In this document: piece after piece, positions 14,050 to 28,998 of the stretch
Position numbering within the stretch: the first letter of the stretch is position 1
Layout of the letters: every line of letters begins with the position of its first letter
NCBI GenBank assembly: GCA_021613535.1
Contig: CP075492.1
Location: 11,842,001 to 11,906,000 of the forward strand
Reading direction: 5' to 3'
DNA length: 64,000 nucleotides
Source: Adineta vaga
Taxonomy: Eukaryota > Animalia > Rotifera
The notes under the pieces: generated by a model
What the model was told of the DNA's origin: nothing
What the model saw: the letters and a program-made list of their open reading frames with translations, nothing else
Databases searched by the model: none
Program-made: the position numbers and the translations under genes

Positions 14050-16146
14050 GATCTGTGATATCCAACATATCCCATAACTCGAGGTAGATTTATTTTTTTT
14101 TAGGGAACATGTATCAAACTGATAGAAGTTCTCTCATCTTTCTTTTTTATTGTACAAAAAATATTCAATTTACTATGATTAATAATGAAAATATTTTCGA
14201 ACAAAATTTTCTTTCTCTTTGTTTTGTTTTTTTCGCGTGATCAGAGTTAATCATCGTTAGAAATTACTTGATCTAGATGAATACGAATAATCCCTAGAAA
14301 AACGACAGTTGTAATTACTACATTAACGTTGTTTTTTTTTGTAGAATGACAACGACAAATAAGGTATAATATAAAGCTAATCTGTTCCTTTTCCGTTTCC
14401 TTTACACCTGACAATGTCAAAACTAAATAGTAAAATTCTTACACTCCTTTCGTTCAGATACGCCTTCAAATAGATCAAATGTCGTCATCTGTTATTACTT
14501 GATGAAGAAAAATAATTCGACTAGTTCTTTGTTATGACAAGATCAAATGTAAGAATTTGATCATGCTGCTTGTTATCATTACTTAATAAATAGAATACAA
14601 TCCGCTATTAGTTGAGTATTACTATAAAAAGCGATCGAATATTATTGAAGAGATTATTCTATTCTAATATATAGATATATATATGGATAGATTTCCGTTT
14701 TTTCTTTATTCACTATTTATTTATTTATTTATATAATAATGATCAAGTGCGATCATTAAATAGAAAATCTAGCAATTAACGTCATGTATACAGGTGAAAG
14801 AGAATAGAATAATAATATTGAATGAAAGAGATCCAGGGAAATATGATTAGAAATCCTTTAGAATAACACAACTGCCATTTTCCTTTCTGGAAATCAAGAG
14901 ATGAGAAAAAGATTGATAGAACTTATTTCTTTTTCTGCTTATACTATTTTCATTCTGCGCTTTTTTCCCCTCTCTCCTATATCACTGATACAAAGACTGC
15001 TGCTTTCTGATAAAAGAAACGACATTTTTTTTTCGAGATTGACTTTTGTCCCGTCAACATTAATGATCCTCATTTAATGACGACCAACAAGGACAACGAG
15101 CCACTTTGTAATGTCCACAATCATTGTCACGATCAGCAATTAGACTTGATGCGTTGTTTCTATACATTGACATAATGTTTGACGTATTATTATTTTTTTT
15201 TCCTTTCGCCTAGTCGCGCAGGTATACATAGAAATACACGAAACAAAAAATTTATATATATATGATGACGTAAACTACCCATCCTTTCATATAATTACAT
15301 TGTCATCATATGTTGTTTTTTACAGATTGAATAAATGATCAAACATTTGTATAGACAATTGAGAATTTCGACCTTTTTTTCTTTCTTTGCATGAATTTTG
15401 AAAATAAAAACATTTTATTTTATGATTAGAGAAATGAAAGAGAGAGAGAGAACACATTTGCTTTAAAAGATTCCATATGCGTCTATTATGATTTCTTGTC
15501 ATTGTGTACCTTCATGTTAGTTTGCACAATTATATATATATATACCGTTCTTCTCGCATTTGCTTTTATTACTTGAGTTGTCTGGTTGAGATACGACGCA
15601 TATGTGATGTATAAGAAGAAAAAAACGACGCATGGATACTATTATGATATATGTATATATACATATACCGTATGTTCGTTATTGTTTAACATATCATAAT
15701 AAAAAGAGAAGAAAATTAACATATGTTCGAGCTCTTCTTTTTCATTGACTTGTCTCAAGGTAAAACAAATTGCTCATAATTTCAATTCCTGATGAAAATA
15801 AATGAAGAAATTTAGTCTGCATTCAAGCATTTTCTTTTTTCTCCTTTATCAAATCAAAACTAACATTTAACGCCTACGATATTATAAATGTGCGCTTTTT
15901 CCTCTCACTCTCTCTCACTTTCTCTCTCCCCTTACTCTTCATACATTATACTCTATTTTTAGATTATTTATTTTGTTTTTATTTCTTCTTTCTGTCCTTC
16001 CTATTCCTTATTAAATCATGTCGATTCATAACATACTGACGCTAGCAACATACATTATTTGTACATAGTCACATCTTTTTTTGCTTGTATATGTGAGTAA
16101 GTATTAATAATCATGACAACATTCACTTTTTTTTATTTATACAAAA

Positions 16147-19100
16147 ATGCACGTGTTTAGACCGAAAGAAAGCGAAAAAACTGGTATGGAAGTTGGTTCT
16201 TCAATAGCTAAGGCATTTAAAAGATTTACAATACCCCGAAGTACATCAGCTATCGGTTCATTTACAACATCAAACGGCACAGCAAGTAATAATATTGAAA
16301 TTAATCTGGATGATTCAATGCCTCCACCACCACCACCAATAACATCTTCTTCGTCTGATCACGCCCATCCACCCATTTCCTATGTTCAAAATATTCGTTT
16401 AATTCAACAACAAGATTTGCCAGAACCATCTTCTCAATCGCAATCATCTACACCACCACTACGTGAAAATATTTCTTCAGTTATGGTACGTTCACCATCA
16501 GCCGATGAATATGCAACGAAAAAAAGCAAAGTATGTCAAACCGATATTCTCTCAAGATATTCACAAAACAAATGTTTTTATTATTTTAGATTGATGTAGC
16601 CAATAAAAAATCGACTATTCCACGTGATATTAGTTTTGATAATGTAAATGATGTCTCTTTGGATAGTTCTACACATGAAAAGCCGAACAAAACGAATGGA
16701 CATCATCGTTCATCTATAAAATCTTTATTAACAAAAAAATTTCATCCTGTTTCAGTTTCAACATCTGTAAATATAACACCAAAACAAAAGAAATCACGAA
16801 CGCCATTTCGACCGTTTTCTCAATTTCTTAAACGTAGTCACAGTACAAATACTGATTTAGCACTACCAAATAATCAAACTTCAGTTGCACTTGTTGATCA
16901 ACATTTACAATTGAAATCTTCTCAAGAAACCGATTTGCTTAATGTTACAAAATCAACTACAAGTCCATTGGGTACTTCGATAAATTCAGCATTAGTAACT
17001 ATCTCTGAAGAAGAAAATCCAATGCAAATGAAATCTCAAGAAAAACTAAAAATAATATCGAATGATATTGATGATGCGAATCTAAATCAGTCGGATAGTG
17101 GAATATCAACATCTCAACAAACAACAAAAATTACAAATAGTTTTAGTAAGTTTACTAGAAGTCAAGGTTCATGTTATATATAGTTCAAGAATGCATTGAA
17201 CTCAAGGTTAGAAGCCAAAATTAGTCATCCTTATCAAGAAGAAGGACATAGAATTCTGATGATTTGATATAGGACAAACAAAATTGATTGTACTCGTCTT
17301 AGTAACAGATTAATTTCATTAAAAAACAAAAAGATGTTTTCTCTCTCTAAGATTATTCTGAATTATTTTTTCGACGAATGATTACAGTAGTCTCGTGTAT
17401 TATTATCATCTATCAGCATCAATATTTATTCTATTCTATAGAGACTTAGACAACGATCTTTGCCTGTCGTTTAACCTTTATCGTTATCATATTGTAATTA
17501 GTATATATTTTTTTATCTGATGACCCATGTATAAACAAGCACTCATACGTAAAAGATTTTTTTGTCGTTTATGTGCTCAAGTGAGATGACCGATCAAATT
17601 CAATATTTCTGTAAATCTGTAGAATGATAGACATTGTCAATGACTTCTTTGATTTAATCCTATGTAAATATCATTCTATTGTTTTAAAAAGGCGCATCAT
17701 CATCCTCTACCACACCACCATCCGGTACTTCATCAAATTCAACTAAATATTCACAAGTGAATAATCAATCTCAACAACGAGATGAAAGTGTTAAGCCACT
17801 CAAAGCTACATTATCAATGGCAACCCATCCTATTTCAACGCTATCTACTCTTTCGAATAATACCAATTATACAAAACCAAGTTTAACTGCTTCAGTTAGT
17901 TTATATAATAATGTCAACCATTTAACACCTCTGCACGCTAATAATGTCATAGGTTTGTTCTTGTTATATAAAGAAAATACTATTCTACTTTTCAAATTTA
18001 ATTAGAACGACCTGCAGTACATCAAACATTATCTTTACGAACTGATGTTGAAAATAATAATGAAAATCAACCGATGACAAAAGTGAAAATGCGTGATCAT
18101 AGTGCAAAAAAGAAAAAAGGTTTACGTGAACTTAAATCACGTATATCATTACCTCCCGAAATCAAAACTACTTCAATTAATCAATCTAATCAACAGAATT
18201 TCGAAACAAACAATATTCGATATAAATTAGCTCAACGTTCATCTTATTATCAAACAAATTCTGCATCAGTTCATGCTTTTGGTGATGCATTAAATGAATC
18301 TAATATGTGTTTATCACGTCTCTCATCACAAGCAGGTGGTCAATTAAGTCGAAATGAACATCGACGATCAATGTTAGATTTAGGTTTTGGAAAAATTGAA
18401 TCCTATTCTCGATTAGAAAAATTAGGCGAAGGTATAAAATCATTTGAAAGAAATAAAACATCGTTTGTTTGTTTGTTTTCTTTAAAAATAGGTACTTATG
18501 CAACTGTCTATAAAGGAACATCAAATATGGTTAGTGGTTTTGTTGCATTGAAGGAAATTCGACTTGAACAAGAAGAAGGTATGATTAATAACTGTCAACT
18601 AAGAATTGAAGATAGAGTCTTTTTACTGTCAAAATTTGAGATGACAGATAGATTTCCGTTTTGTCAAATATTGATGACAGGAAAATTAAATATTCCACCT
18701 ACGAATTAATTACAAACCAAGAAAAAAACGAAATTCTTCTATTTTAGGTGCACCTTGTACAGCATTACGTGAAGTGAGCTTATTGAAAGGTCTTAAACAT
18801 AATAATATCGTATGTTTATATGATATTATATTTGATCAAACAACGTTAACATTAGTATTTGAATATGTTGAAAAAGATTTGAAACAATATATGGAAGATT
18901 GTTCGAATATATTAAGCATGAAAAATGTTCGATTATTCTTATTTCAATTGATACGTGGTCTAGAATTTTGTCATGGAAAAAAAATTCTTCATCGTGATTT
19001 AAAGTAAGAATACAATGAGTTTTCTATCAATTCATTTTTCTTTTCAATTTAGACCACAAAATTTATTAATCAATGAACGTGGTGAATTGAAATTAGCTGA

Positions 19101-19680
19101 TTTTGGTCTTGCACGTATTAAATCTTTTCCAACAAAAACGTATTCACATGAAGTTGTGACATTATGGTATCGACCACCAGATGTTTTACTTGGTAGTACT
19201 GAATATTCAACTCCGATTGATGTATGGGCTGTCGGTTGTATTTTCTATGAAATGGCATGTGGTCGACCATTATTTGCTGGTACAAAAGTTGAAGAAGAAT
19301 TATTTTTAATATTTAAATATCTTGGTACACCAACAGAACAAACACTACCCGGTGTAACATCGAAATCAGAATTCCGAGCATTAAAATTGCCATTCTATTT
19401 CGGTGAATCACTCAATCGTTTAGCACCACGTCTTGATTCGAATGGTATTGATTTATTACAAAATTTTCTACGTTATAATCCTCTATCTCGAATATCGGCA
19501 TATGATGCACTCAGGCATAATTTCTTTGCATGTTATCCACCAGCAATACTTACATTAGGACCATTACAATCAGTATTGGATTTAAATGAAGTGACATTGA
19601 TGAAAGATCATAGTTCAAAATATAATCCAACATCGCTAATGAAAAGCGCTGTATCGAAACGATCGAGTGTGCATCTGTGA
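16147..19680 (+). CDS. PCTAIRE-family cyclin-dependent kinase (CDK16/17/18-like) with long low-complexity N-terminus
   Basis: [41 protein letters not shown] across the intron ending near 18747, [32 protein letters not shown]. Confidence 0.92.
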
Positions 19681-20226
19681 TGTGTTTTTGTTTTCTTTGT
19701 TTCATGCTTGTCGAACCTCATTTGTCTCTTTATATATAAATATTCGTATGTAAATTATATCGTATCATCTGAGTTTCTCATTCATTTTTCTTTTTTGCAA
19801 TTTTTGTTATTTCTGTTTTCTTTTCGAGACATTCGTAAATAGGATCCTTTTCGTATATTAAATATCTATCTCTTTCGCACTCTATACATACATATACCAT
19901 ACTATTCCTTTCATTTTCTTTTCTTTTTTTTTCAAATGACAAAACAATCAGAGCAATGCAATGCAATGCAATGCAAATTGTTATATCACACCCATTCTTC
20001 ATTCTTACAGTACATATCTTTTTACGAACGAGTTACTGCTCTTATTAACGTGTGCAGATGTATGAAATTGTTTTATTTATAAATACTTTCCGGAGAGAAA
20101 AAAAAACAGGTTTCCTGACTTATAAGAATGTAGTTTCATATTCTTTTTCTACAAAAAAACAAAATACATTTTCTTTACATTCATAATTATAAGTGAACTA
20201 ATAAACTTTAGATTATATATTTTCCA

Positions 20227-21098
20227 ATGGAATTCGATGAATTACCATCACTTCCACTTGTACGTATTCATTCATGTAGATTTCATCAAATAGACTTTTA
20301 ATATTATTATACTATTAGGCACATCAACAGATTCGTCTAGGAGATATTCAAGCATCTTCACATAAATGGACAGTTGCTATTGATTATTATACTCATGCAA
20401 TAGGTTTGTTGATGAATGTATTCATTTTAAATTCATCCTATATCGATTCATTTTTAGAATGTTTCAAAGCAATTCAAAGTTCATTACATGACAATAATCT
20501 TCAATCAACGATTCAAGCTCAGATTGTTCAATGCAATAAAACAATACAACTCTGTCGTTTAAAAGATCGATCTGAACAAGTAAATGAATTTATACATGAG
20601 AATAACTCTAATATTTCTTTGTTTTTTTTTCGTTAGGCAATTAAACTTCAACAAGCAGAACGTCTATCAAAACTAACACGTGCACATTCAACATCAAATT
20701 TGCATCCTTCGACAAAATCCAATCGATCAATGACAAGACATAATACTATTCAATTAGAAAATCATCGTATGTTAGATGATATGGATTCATTTGCTGCATT
20801 TATCTTTCCAAAAAATACTCCAACAACTGATTCAACACCGATTGTTGCAAAGAAAAATGAAAAACATGATGCACATAAAATTGAAGAATTACAAATGAGT
20901 TATGAAGCATTAAAAACTCATTTGAAAGCTGCTTTTGATGATATTGAACGACTTAAATCTGAAAATAATCAATTACGTATACAACGAGAAGCAAATAGTA
21001 TTCAAGAACTGAATGAAACAATTCTTTCAACGACTAGTGACAATGACGACGATGATAACGACGAGGGTTCAGAAACGGAATTGGAAGCAACATTGTAG
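20227..21098 (+). CDS. NRBF2: NRBF2/Atg38-like protein (MIT domain + coiled coil)
   Basis: Spliced MEFDELPSLPL|AHQQIRLGDIQASSHKWTVAIDYYTHAI resembles the NRBF2 MIT domain; C-terminal KHDAHKIEELQ...DIERLKSENNQLR coiled coil. Confidence 0.7.
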
Positions 21099-21282
21099 AT
21101 CATTTTTTTCTATTTTTATATTGTCACGAATGTATATATCTTTGTTTTCTACCAATAATACTGATAAAAATATTCATCTGTCAATACTCACATATTTGAT
21201 AAGAAGAACACACCTCTCAAATTCTCATAATGCTAATATTTGACTATAAAACTAGCGATTGATTTCGAAGATTGACATCAAA

Positions 21283-21693
21283 ATGTCGAAAATCTATATA
21301 ATTAGCATTTTATCAATCTTATTAGCAGCTAGTTTTGCTCAAATTAATGACAAATGTCTTCAATGCATTTGTAAAATTGAATCTGGCTGTCGTCCACTTG
21401 GTTGTGCATGGGATGTTAATTCTAATTCATGTGGTTATTATCAATTAAAACAAGTCTACTGGATTGATTGTGGTAAACCAGGTGGTTCACTCGAAGCTTG
21501 TTCAAAAGATAAAGCTTGCTCAGAAAAATGTGTTCGTGCTTATATGACACGTTATGGTACAAGATGTACAAATGGTCGTACACCAACTTGTCAAGATTAT
21601 GCACGTATTCATAATGGTGGACCAACTGGCTGTCAAAAAACTGCAACTGTTGGATACTGGAATAAAGTTGCTGCTTGCTACAATTCTGGTTAA
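21283..21693 (+). CDS. Invertebrate (i-type) lysozyme / destabilase, secreted, intronless
   Basis: Signal peptide; CLQCICKIESGC, SCGYYQLKQVYWIDCG, CVRAYMTRY, DYARIHNGGPTGC signature motifs. Confidence 0.95.
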   Translation: MSKIYIISILSILLAASFAQINDKCLQCICKIESGCRPLGCAWDVNSNSCGYYQLKQVYWIDCGKPGGSLEACSKDKACSEKCVRAYMTRYGTRCTNGRTPTCQDYARIHNGGPTGCQKTATVGYWNKVAACYNSG

Positions 21694-23522
21694 AAATTAT
21701 TCAGTCTTTTTTTCATTAAAAACGAAAATATAATACAATATACCTTGTAAAATTCATATCTTGTTGAAGAACAGATAAGTTTTAAGTTACTTGTTGTTTA
21801 GAAAACTATATCTAGATTGCATAGTACGTAAAAATCAAAATCATTCCTTTCGTCATAAGTATCACTCAGTATGAATCCAAACTATTTTTATTGTATGCTA
21901 GAAACAAGTACAGAATCTTTATCTAAAGATAACACATCAGGTGACAATCACAATAACGAAAATAAGCAACTGTGTTAATATTCACATAGGTATATAAAAT
22001 GAGGTTGTGTAGTTAAAGCTGAATAGTTTCATTTATACAACTATCTTATTTCAACTCATATAAATCAATAAAGTAACTTGTCATCAATCTGATTCTATCG
22101 ATACAGATATACACATTGTTCGACAAGTGACTATCTAACGATGATATATTGATTTCCATCATCACATCAAGTAAGACTATGATGAGAATATCTCAATCAA
22201 ACAGAAAAAGGTTGCACGCTCATTGCTTACACATCATCGATCTTGTTGGTTATATATCGACAAGCGAGTAACACATAAAAAAACGAGAAAATCTATCATA
22301 GATAGGTTAACATTTTCTCTTTGGACACATGTGCGTACACATCTTCATCGTTATGATCGATGTTGAAATAACAGAACAATTTGCACTAATGTCTGCCGAT
22401 CAATAATCATAAGAATTATTCGATGTAACCAATAAGAGATTGATGATGTTACAAAGAACTTCGATTGGTTTTTTTTCCTTTTTTGATATAATACTGAAAT
22501 TGATTATTACTTCAATTAATATCATTGACATCAATCGTTCTTATTTGTATGTTAGATAAATAACAGTCAAGAAGATTGAATCCAAACGAGATGATGATAA
22601 TATTGATCTTTAACATCTTTTTACACATGTAGCAAATCATTGATATGAATGGTGATTTTCTTCTCATTCCGACAAATTTCAAACAAACGTATCAATCACA
22701 TTAAAAAAAAAGGAACACATACTGTGGATTTGTCTTAATTGAATGAAAGCATATGAGCACTGGTGATCATTAAGAAACATGATATGATGAAGAATCATCA
22801 AGCGAGCAAGTGCAGAAAGTCAATATTTACATATGGATGCAAAATCATCGATTGAAAACGAATAGATGAACTATTGATACACACACATAAATCTATTTTC
22901 GTATAGTGAATATCAGCGTTGTCGACTTTAATGCAACTTTTCAATCAATCAATCAATCAGTCAAAATTTGATTTTTTTTCTCATTACCGGTGTTCTGTTT
23001 GATTTTCCAAGGCGCGTAATATGATTTTTACCGATTGTTAAAATAACATTACAAAAAAGACATACGATGTGTTGATTTTTCATCTATTACTAATCAATAT
23101 ATTTATTGAAAAATAAGACAGTAGTTGTTTTATTCTCAATCATTTATCGCGAACAAGAACATCGATGAATGTTTGCGAGAAAATTGAGTAGCGATAAGGT
23201 GAATAACTATGTAGAACACTTTTCACAAAACTCGGATTGTTTTTGAGGACTAACTAGTTAATTCATTTCTTGTCTTTTTTTCTCTCTTTCTCCATTCAGA
23301 ATGCATACAAATAGTCTGCTAAATTGTCGAGAGAATTGCTGCTATTAGTGTAGATATTTTAACGAATAAGAAAAAAGGTCTCTCTTTCCCTCTTCTTCTT
23401 CTTCTCTCTATTCTTTCACATACTTGTCTAATACACATATGGATATCATAATCATAATTAACCCATGTATACTGTATATAATCGGTTGGATGTGTCGTTT
23501 TTGTTGATAGATATTAAATTGA

Positions 23523-24384
<862 letters not shown>

Positions 24385-25438
24385 TATATTTATATATATA
24401 TTAGAAGAACATTTTTCTTTTGCTCTTTTCTTTCTTACAAAACATCCCGTGTCATATTTGACAAGAAATTGTGAACATATTGATGATACCAATTAACATT
24501 CATTTTTATGTCGAATAACACATTGTTGGTATCAGTCAAATACCAGTCCTTGTTTTCTTTTTATTTGATATACAATAAGACTATCCTCTTAACTATCATA
24601 TTTATATTATGAAGAGATGAATATATTTACTTCGTTATTGAAGTTTTCTCTTTCATACACAATGAGAATGAGAACTAGGAAAAACTTGTTTATATATATA
24701 TATATATGTAGGGTCTTTTATTCCTATTGGTTGTTTAAAACGTGAGATAAAATGGTAGAAGAATAAAAAAGATGTACATTGATTATTAGAATAGAGACGA
24801 AGAAAAGAAAGCTAACAAATGATCTTTAGTTAGCAGTTTTCGCATGTTTTTTGAAATTCTTCCTCTTTTATACATTTCTTTTTGTTGCTTTGGCAAAGTT
24901 TGATTCGTTACCAGTGTCGTCTTTAATCACATCATCTAGGGTGTGTTCAGTTTGAGCATTAATCGTTCCAGTTGTAGTATCAAAAACCTTCTGTACCCCA
25001 GTCAAAACAGCACATTCGTAAATAACCTCTGTATTCTACGAAGGAATGATGGTGTTCAAGATAATTCTCCTTTTCTCAGTGATAGGGATACTAAATTGTT
25101 AGTTTATAAACCATTACTATCACTAGATTCACTGATTCCTGATGTACATGGTTCTGCTGATAATAATGAGGGCAATTCTTGTTTAAAAGTTGCCCGTCAA
25201 TCCATAACTGAAATCTGAAAAAATACCGTTAGAATGTGGTCCAACAGATGGATAAATAAAGATAACGTCAGAATGAAAAGTAAATCGTTTCATAGTTTGT
25301 CTCTTTATTCTACTTTTCACTTATACATAATATAATATCACACGATCTTTTCATGTATAAGTATTAACCGAACTTTTCATTTTGAGATTTGCTAAGCATG
25401 AATTCGTAAGATATAAAAAAAGAAATTCGAACTGATGG

Positions 25439-25508
25439 TTGAAGGTGTAAGGTGTGGGCGTGGGTTTGAGTTCTATATTATCATCTACATATACATCCGC
25501 ACTCTCAA
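25439..25508. mobile_element. Degenerate short palindromic (MITE-like) element with TGTGGG-like arms
   Basis: ttgaaggtgtaaggtgtgggcgtgggt ... atctacatatacatccgcactctcaa form decayed inverted arms resembling the element at 28999-29122. Confidence 0.45.
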
Positions 25509-25553
25509 TCTACAGGACCACTTATCATTGGAAAACTATGAAACTTTTGTTGT

Positions 25554-27845
25554 TCATTTGATCACATTTTGTATAAAAATCATAAACATAAATAAGCAGA
25601 GAAACAAAATCAACGTTTTATACATTGCATGTAAGGATAGTTTTCTCCAGAACTGTTTTCTGAAGTTCGTCTTCATCTTTTTAGTGGTGGAATCAGTATG
25701 CTTATTCAGTTCTAGTACAGCAGCGTTACCCGATGAAAGTGATGCTTCGTTAAAAATTTTTCTTGCTTCTTCATAATACATCAATGCTTGACTATATTCT
25801 CCACGATCCTCATATACTTCTCCCATGTTAAGATAAGTTACACCAAATTCAAAATGATTAATAGGCAATGTACGTTGCTGAATTTCTAACTGTTTCTCAT
25901 AATAATTTAGAGCTGTATCGTACTGCTTCAATCGCCAATAAGTAACTCCAATATTGCAATAAGCGAGCGAGACATAGCGATGATTGTTACCGAATTTGTT
26001 TTCGAAATATTCCAATGCTTTTTTCATAAAAACGAGTGCTATATTATACTCGCTGACTTTCTTTCCAAAATCTGAGAAAGTAGTGCCAACAATAAGATAC
26101 ATTAATGCTGTTTTCAAATGATCTTCACCATAGATACTTTGGTATGTCTCTAAGGCTTTTTTCATATATTCAAGAGTATGCTGTTCATCCATCTTTCGTC
26201 GATAGCAAATACTAAGACTTCTGTAACAATCTGCAATATATGAATCTTGCATAGGAATATTGTGATATAATAAAAGGGCTTTTTCAGCGTATATAATTCC
26301 AGAATCATAATCACCTTTTTCTCTATAGACATCAGAAAGTCCTTGGCAACATTTAGCATTTGTCAAAAAATCATTGGCTGAAATTTTGCTCATCGCTTCT
26401 TCATAAATGTATTGTGCTTCATCATGTTTACCCATTATACATAGTAGATCGCATAAAGAAAATATATCTGTTTCACTTTGCATTGTATCTTTTATATGAT
26501 CAAACACTTCTTTTAACGAATAATTATCTTTTCCACAAAGTCTCAATCGCATCAACCAATATTGACTATTACATACGTGTTTTGCATTTACACTTTCTAT
26601 GGTAAATATAGAACCCAACATGAATAAACTTTCTTTTTCGTCAGGAAAATAGCTTATATCACTTATTTTTGCAAATGGCTGTGCTCTCATTATAACTGTT
26701 TCATCGATTGAAATTTCTAATATTAGTGGTACTAAATTTTCTGTATTCAATATATTAATCTCATTTTCAATTGATGGCAGCAGTGAAAATACATATTCTT
26801 TATTAGCTGATGTTGATAAAAAGCTGCTCATTGATATATGATCATTAATTGATAATTGTAACTTTTGTAATTCATCATTTGATATTAGTTGAAATCGATA
26901 AACTTTAGTCAGACCATAATCGCTTTTTTGTTGTAATGAATCAAGTTCTAAATATAACTGTTGAATAAACCAACGCAATCTATAAATATTATAAATATCT
27001 TCGTTTCTCAGTGCTTGATTTAATACTCTGTAGAATAAACTATCGCTTGTATACCATCTCAATGCTTTGTAAGATGAACGATCAGTTTTAAATTTATTTA
27101 TATCATCTACATACGATGAGTTTATTGCATATCGTGTATAGAGGTATTCGACAAATTCATCTTCATTAGATGGCATACGCAACAATGCTTCAATAAATGA
27201 TTGGAAAAAAATAAAACTTCCATTGATATCCATTGAAGATTTTCCATGATTCGATTGTTTACGTTTTGATCTAAATATTGATGTTGGCATCATGGTTTGA
27301 TTTTCAATCTTTTGAATTTTTTCCTGTTCATGTACAATACGTTGAATTACTTCTTCGTGACTGTGCTCCACACTCATAATCTTAAATAATTAAGAAATGA
27401 TATTATCTTAGTGATTTTTCAAAAGTAGTATAAGATTTTCTTTACTGACCTTCTTGTAATTTTTAGCCCATTGTTGATCCTCATTTTTGTGCATACTATA
27501 GATTAATATAGATCGTACTTGATGCAAATTGTCTACTAAAGGAATGATTTGACGACTATCATAGCATCCAACAATTAATATAATTCTCTTGTTTGAACTT
27601 TGCTGTTGAATATACTGAACACATGGTTCAACTCCATCAAAATGCTTGTGTGACATATTGATATCTTGCAGGTTTCGGTCTATATGGTTACTCATCTCAT
27701 GTACATGTTTACCAAACCATACTATGTAAATAGTTTTATAGATTTCTCTCTTGATACTTATTTGAGACTGCGAAGTTAATGAGAAATTAGACGCTTCACT
27801 TGTGATTCTTGACATTGTTGCTTCGTCTGAATCTGATATTTTCAT
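25554..27845 (-). CDS. Receiver-like domain + ADP-ribosyltransferase (R-S-E class) + TPR repeats + C-terminal TM helix, about 740 aa, two exons
   Basis: Exon 1 27845-27450, 69-nt GT-AG intron, exon 2 27380-25554; ALRWYTSDSLFYRVLNQALR, VYR, FLSTS, PDEKESLF; multiple kinesin-light-chain-type TPRs (YCNIGVTY, YLNMGEVY); hydrophobic tail TLILFLCLFMFMIFI. Confidence 0.85.
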
Positions 27846-28998
27846 TGTTTTCTCTAGTTATTGTTTGAAAATAGATACGTCAGAATAGTACAATCTAGGA
27901 AAGATATTCAAAACAACCATTCAATGACTTTTTGATTCTTATCTTATGATTGAAAAACGACTAATACGGAAGAATTAGGAATGCATCAGTACGAATTCGA
28001 CTGAATTTCGAGGAAAAAAGTGTCAAACAATCCTCTAATCAAGATTTATCAATTTCACTAGGTACCAGTTCGATTGGATGATTCAGTCGGATTGGAACCG
28101 AGCGCATGCCTCTGACATAGATATTTCTATATTAGTGCGTGACTGTATCTTTACAAGTAATTACTATTCAAAAGGACGAAGAAAGTATAATATAGTTGCG
28201 ATTTGTTCTGAAGAATAAAGGTTTATACAAACATAATAAGGTCTTATAAAGTTCTATATTGACTCAGAAATCATGACGAATAGGTCACAGTACTAACGTA
28301 AGTAACAAATTTTATACGACAGAAATTTAGCAGCGAAATATATTCTTATAGTTAATAAAAGTACAAAACATAAATTTTTTATTTGTAGTACGACAACTAT
28401 TTTAGGAATTCGTCAATAACTTCTTAATCTTTTATTGGATCCTCAGAAGTTTATGAAAATTTTATATATAATAAAAATAGTTTACTACCAGTTACAGTTT
28501 CCTGCTACTTGGCGATTCTCATATATAATAATTTCGACTCGTTTTGAAAAAGCACCAGAAGTTTATGTAACTCATGCAAAAATAAAAGCGCCAAAAGCAA
28601 AAAAGTCGATTAAGGGAATATTGAAAATGTTTTAATGCAGCTCTGGCATAAATATTTATAGAGAAGTAAAAAATGTGGGTACCATTATATATTATTCACG
28701 CATGCATTGTTATTCATAAATTTGGTAGGAAGAAAAAATGTCGAAGATGGATAATAAATCGACAATTTAATAGGGACACCAGCTACGCAAACTATTAACA
28801 TACCATTAAAATAAGTAAATATTACTGAGAATCATTCGCGTAATATTATATAGTAAAAGAACGAATCAAAGCTTCTTATACATTAACGGTCTTATCAATA
28901 TACTTTTTACTTGAATGCTATTTTGCTGGTCGAGCAACATTTAATCAATAAAACTTTCGTCGAAAGTTAATTAGACTCTCCTCTATAATAAAAGACGC

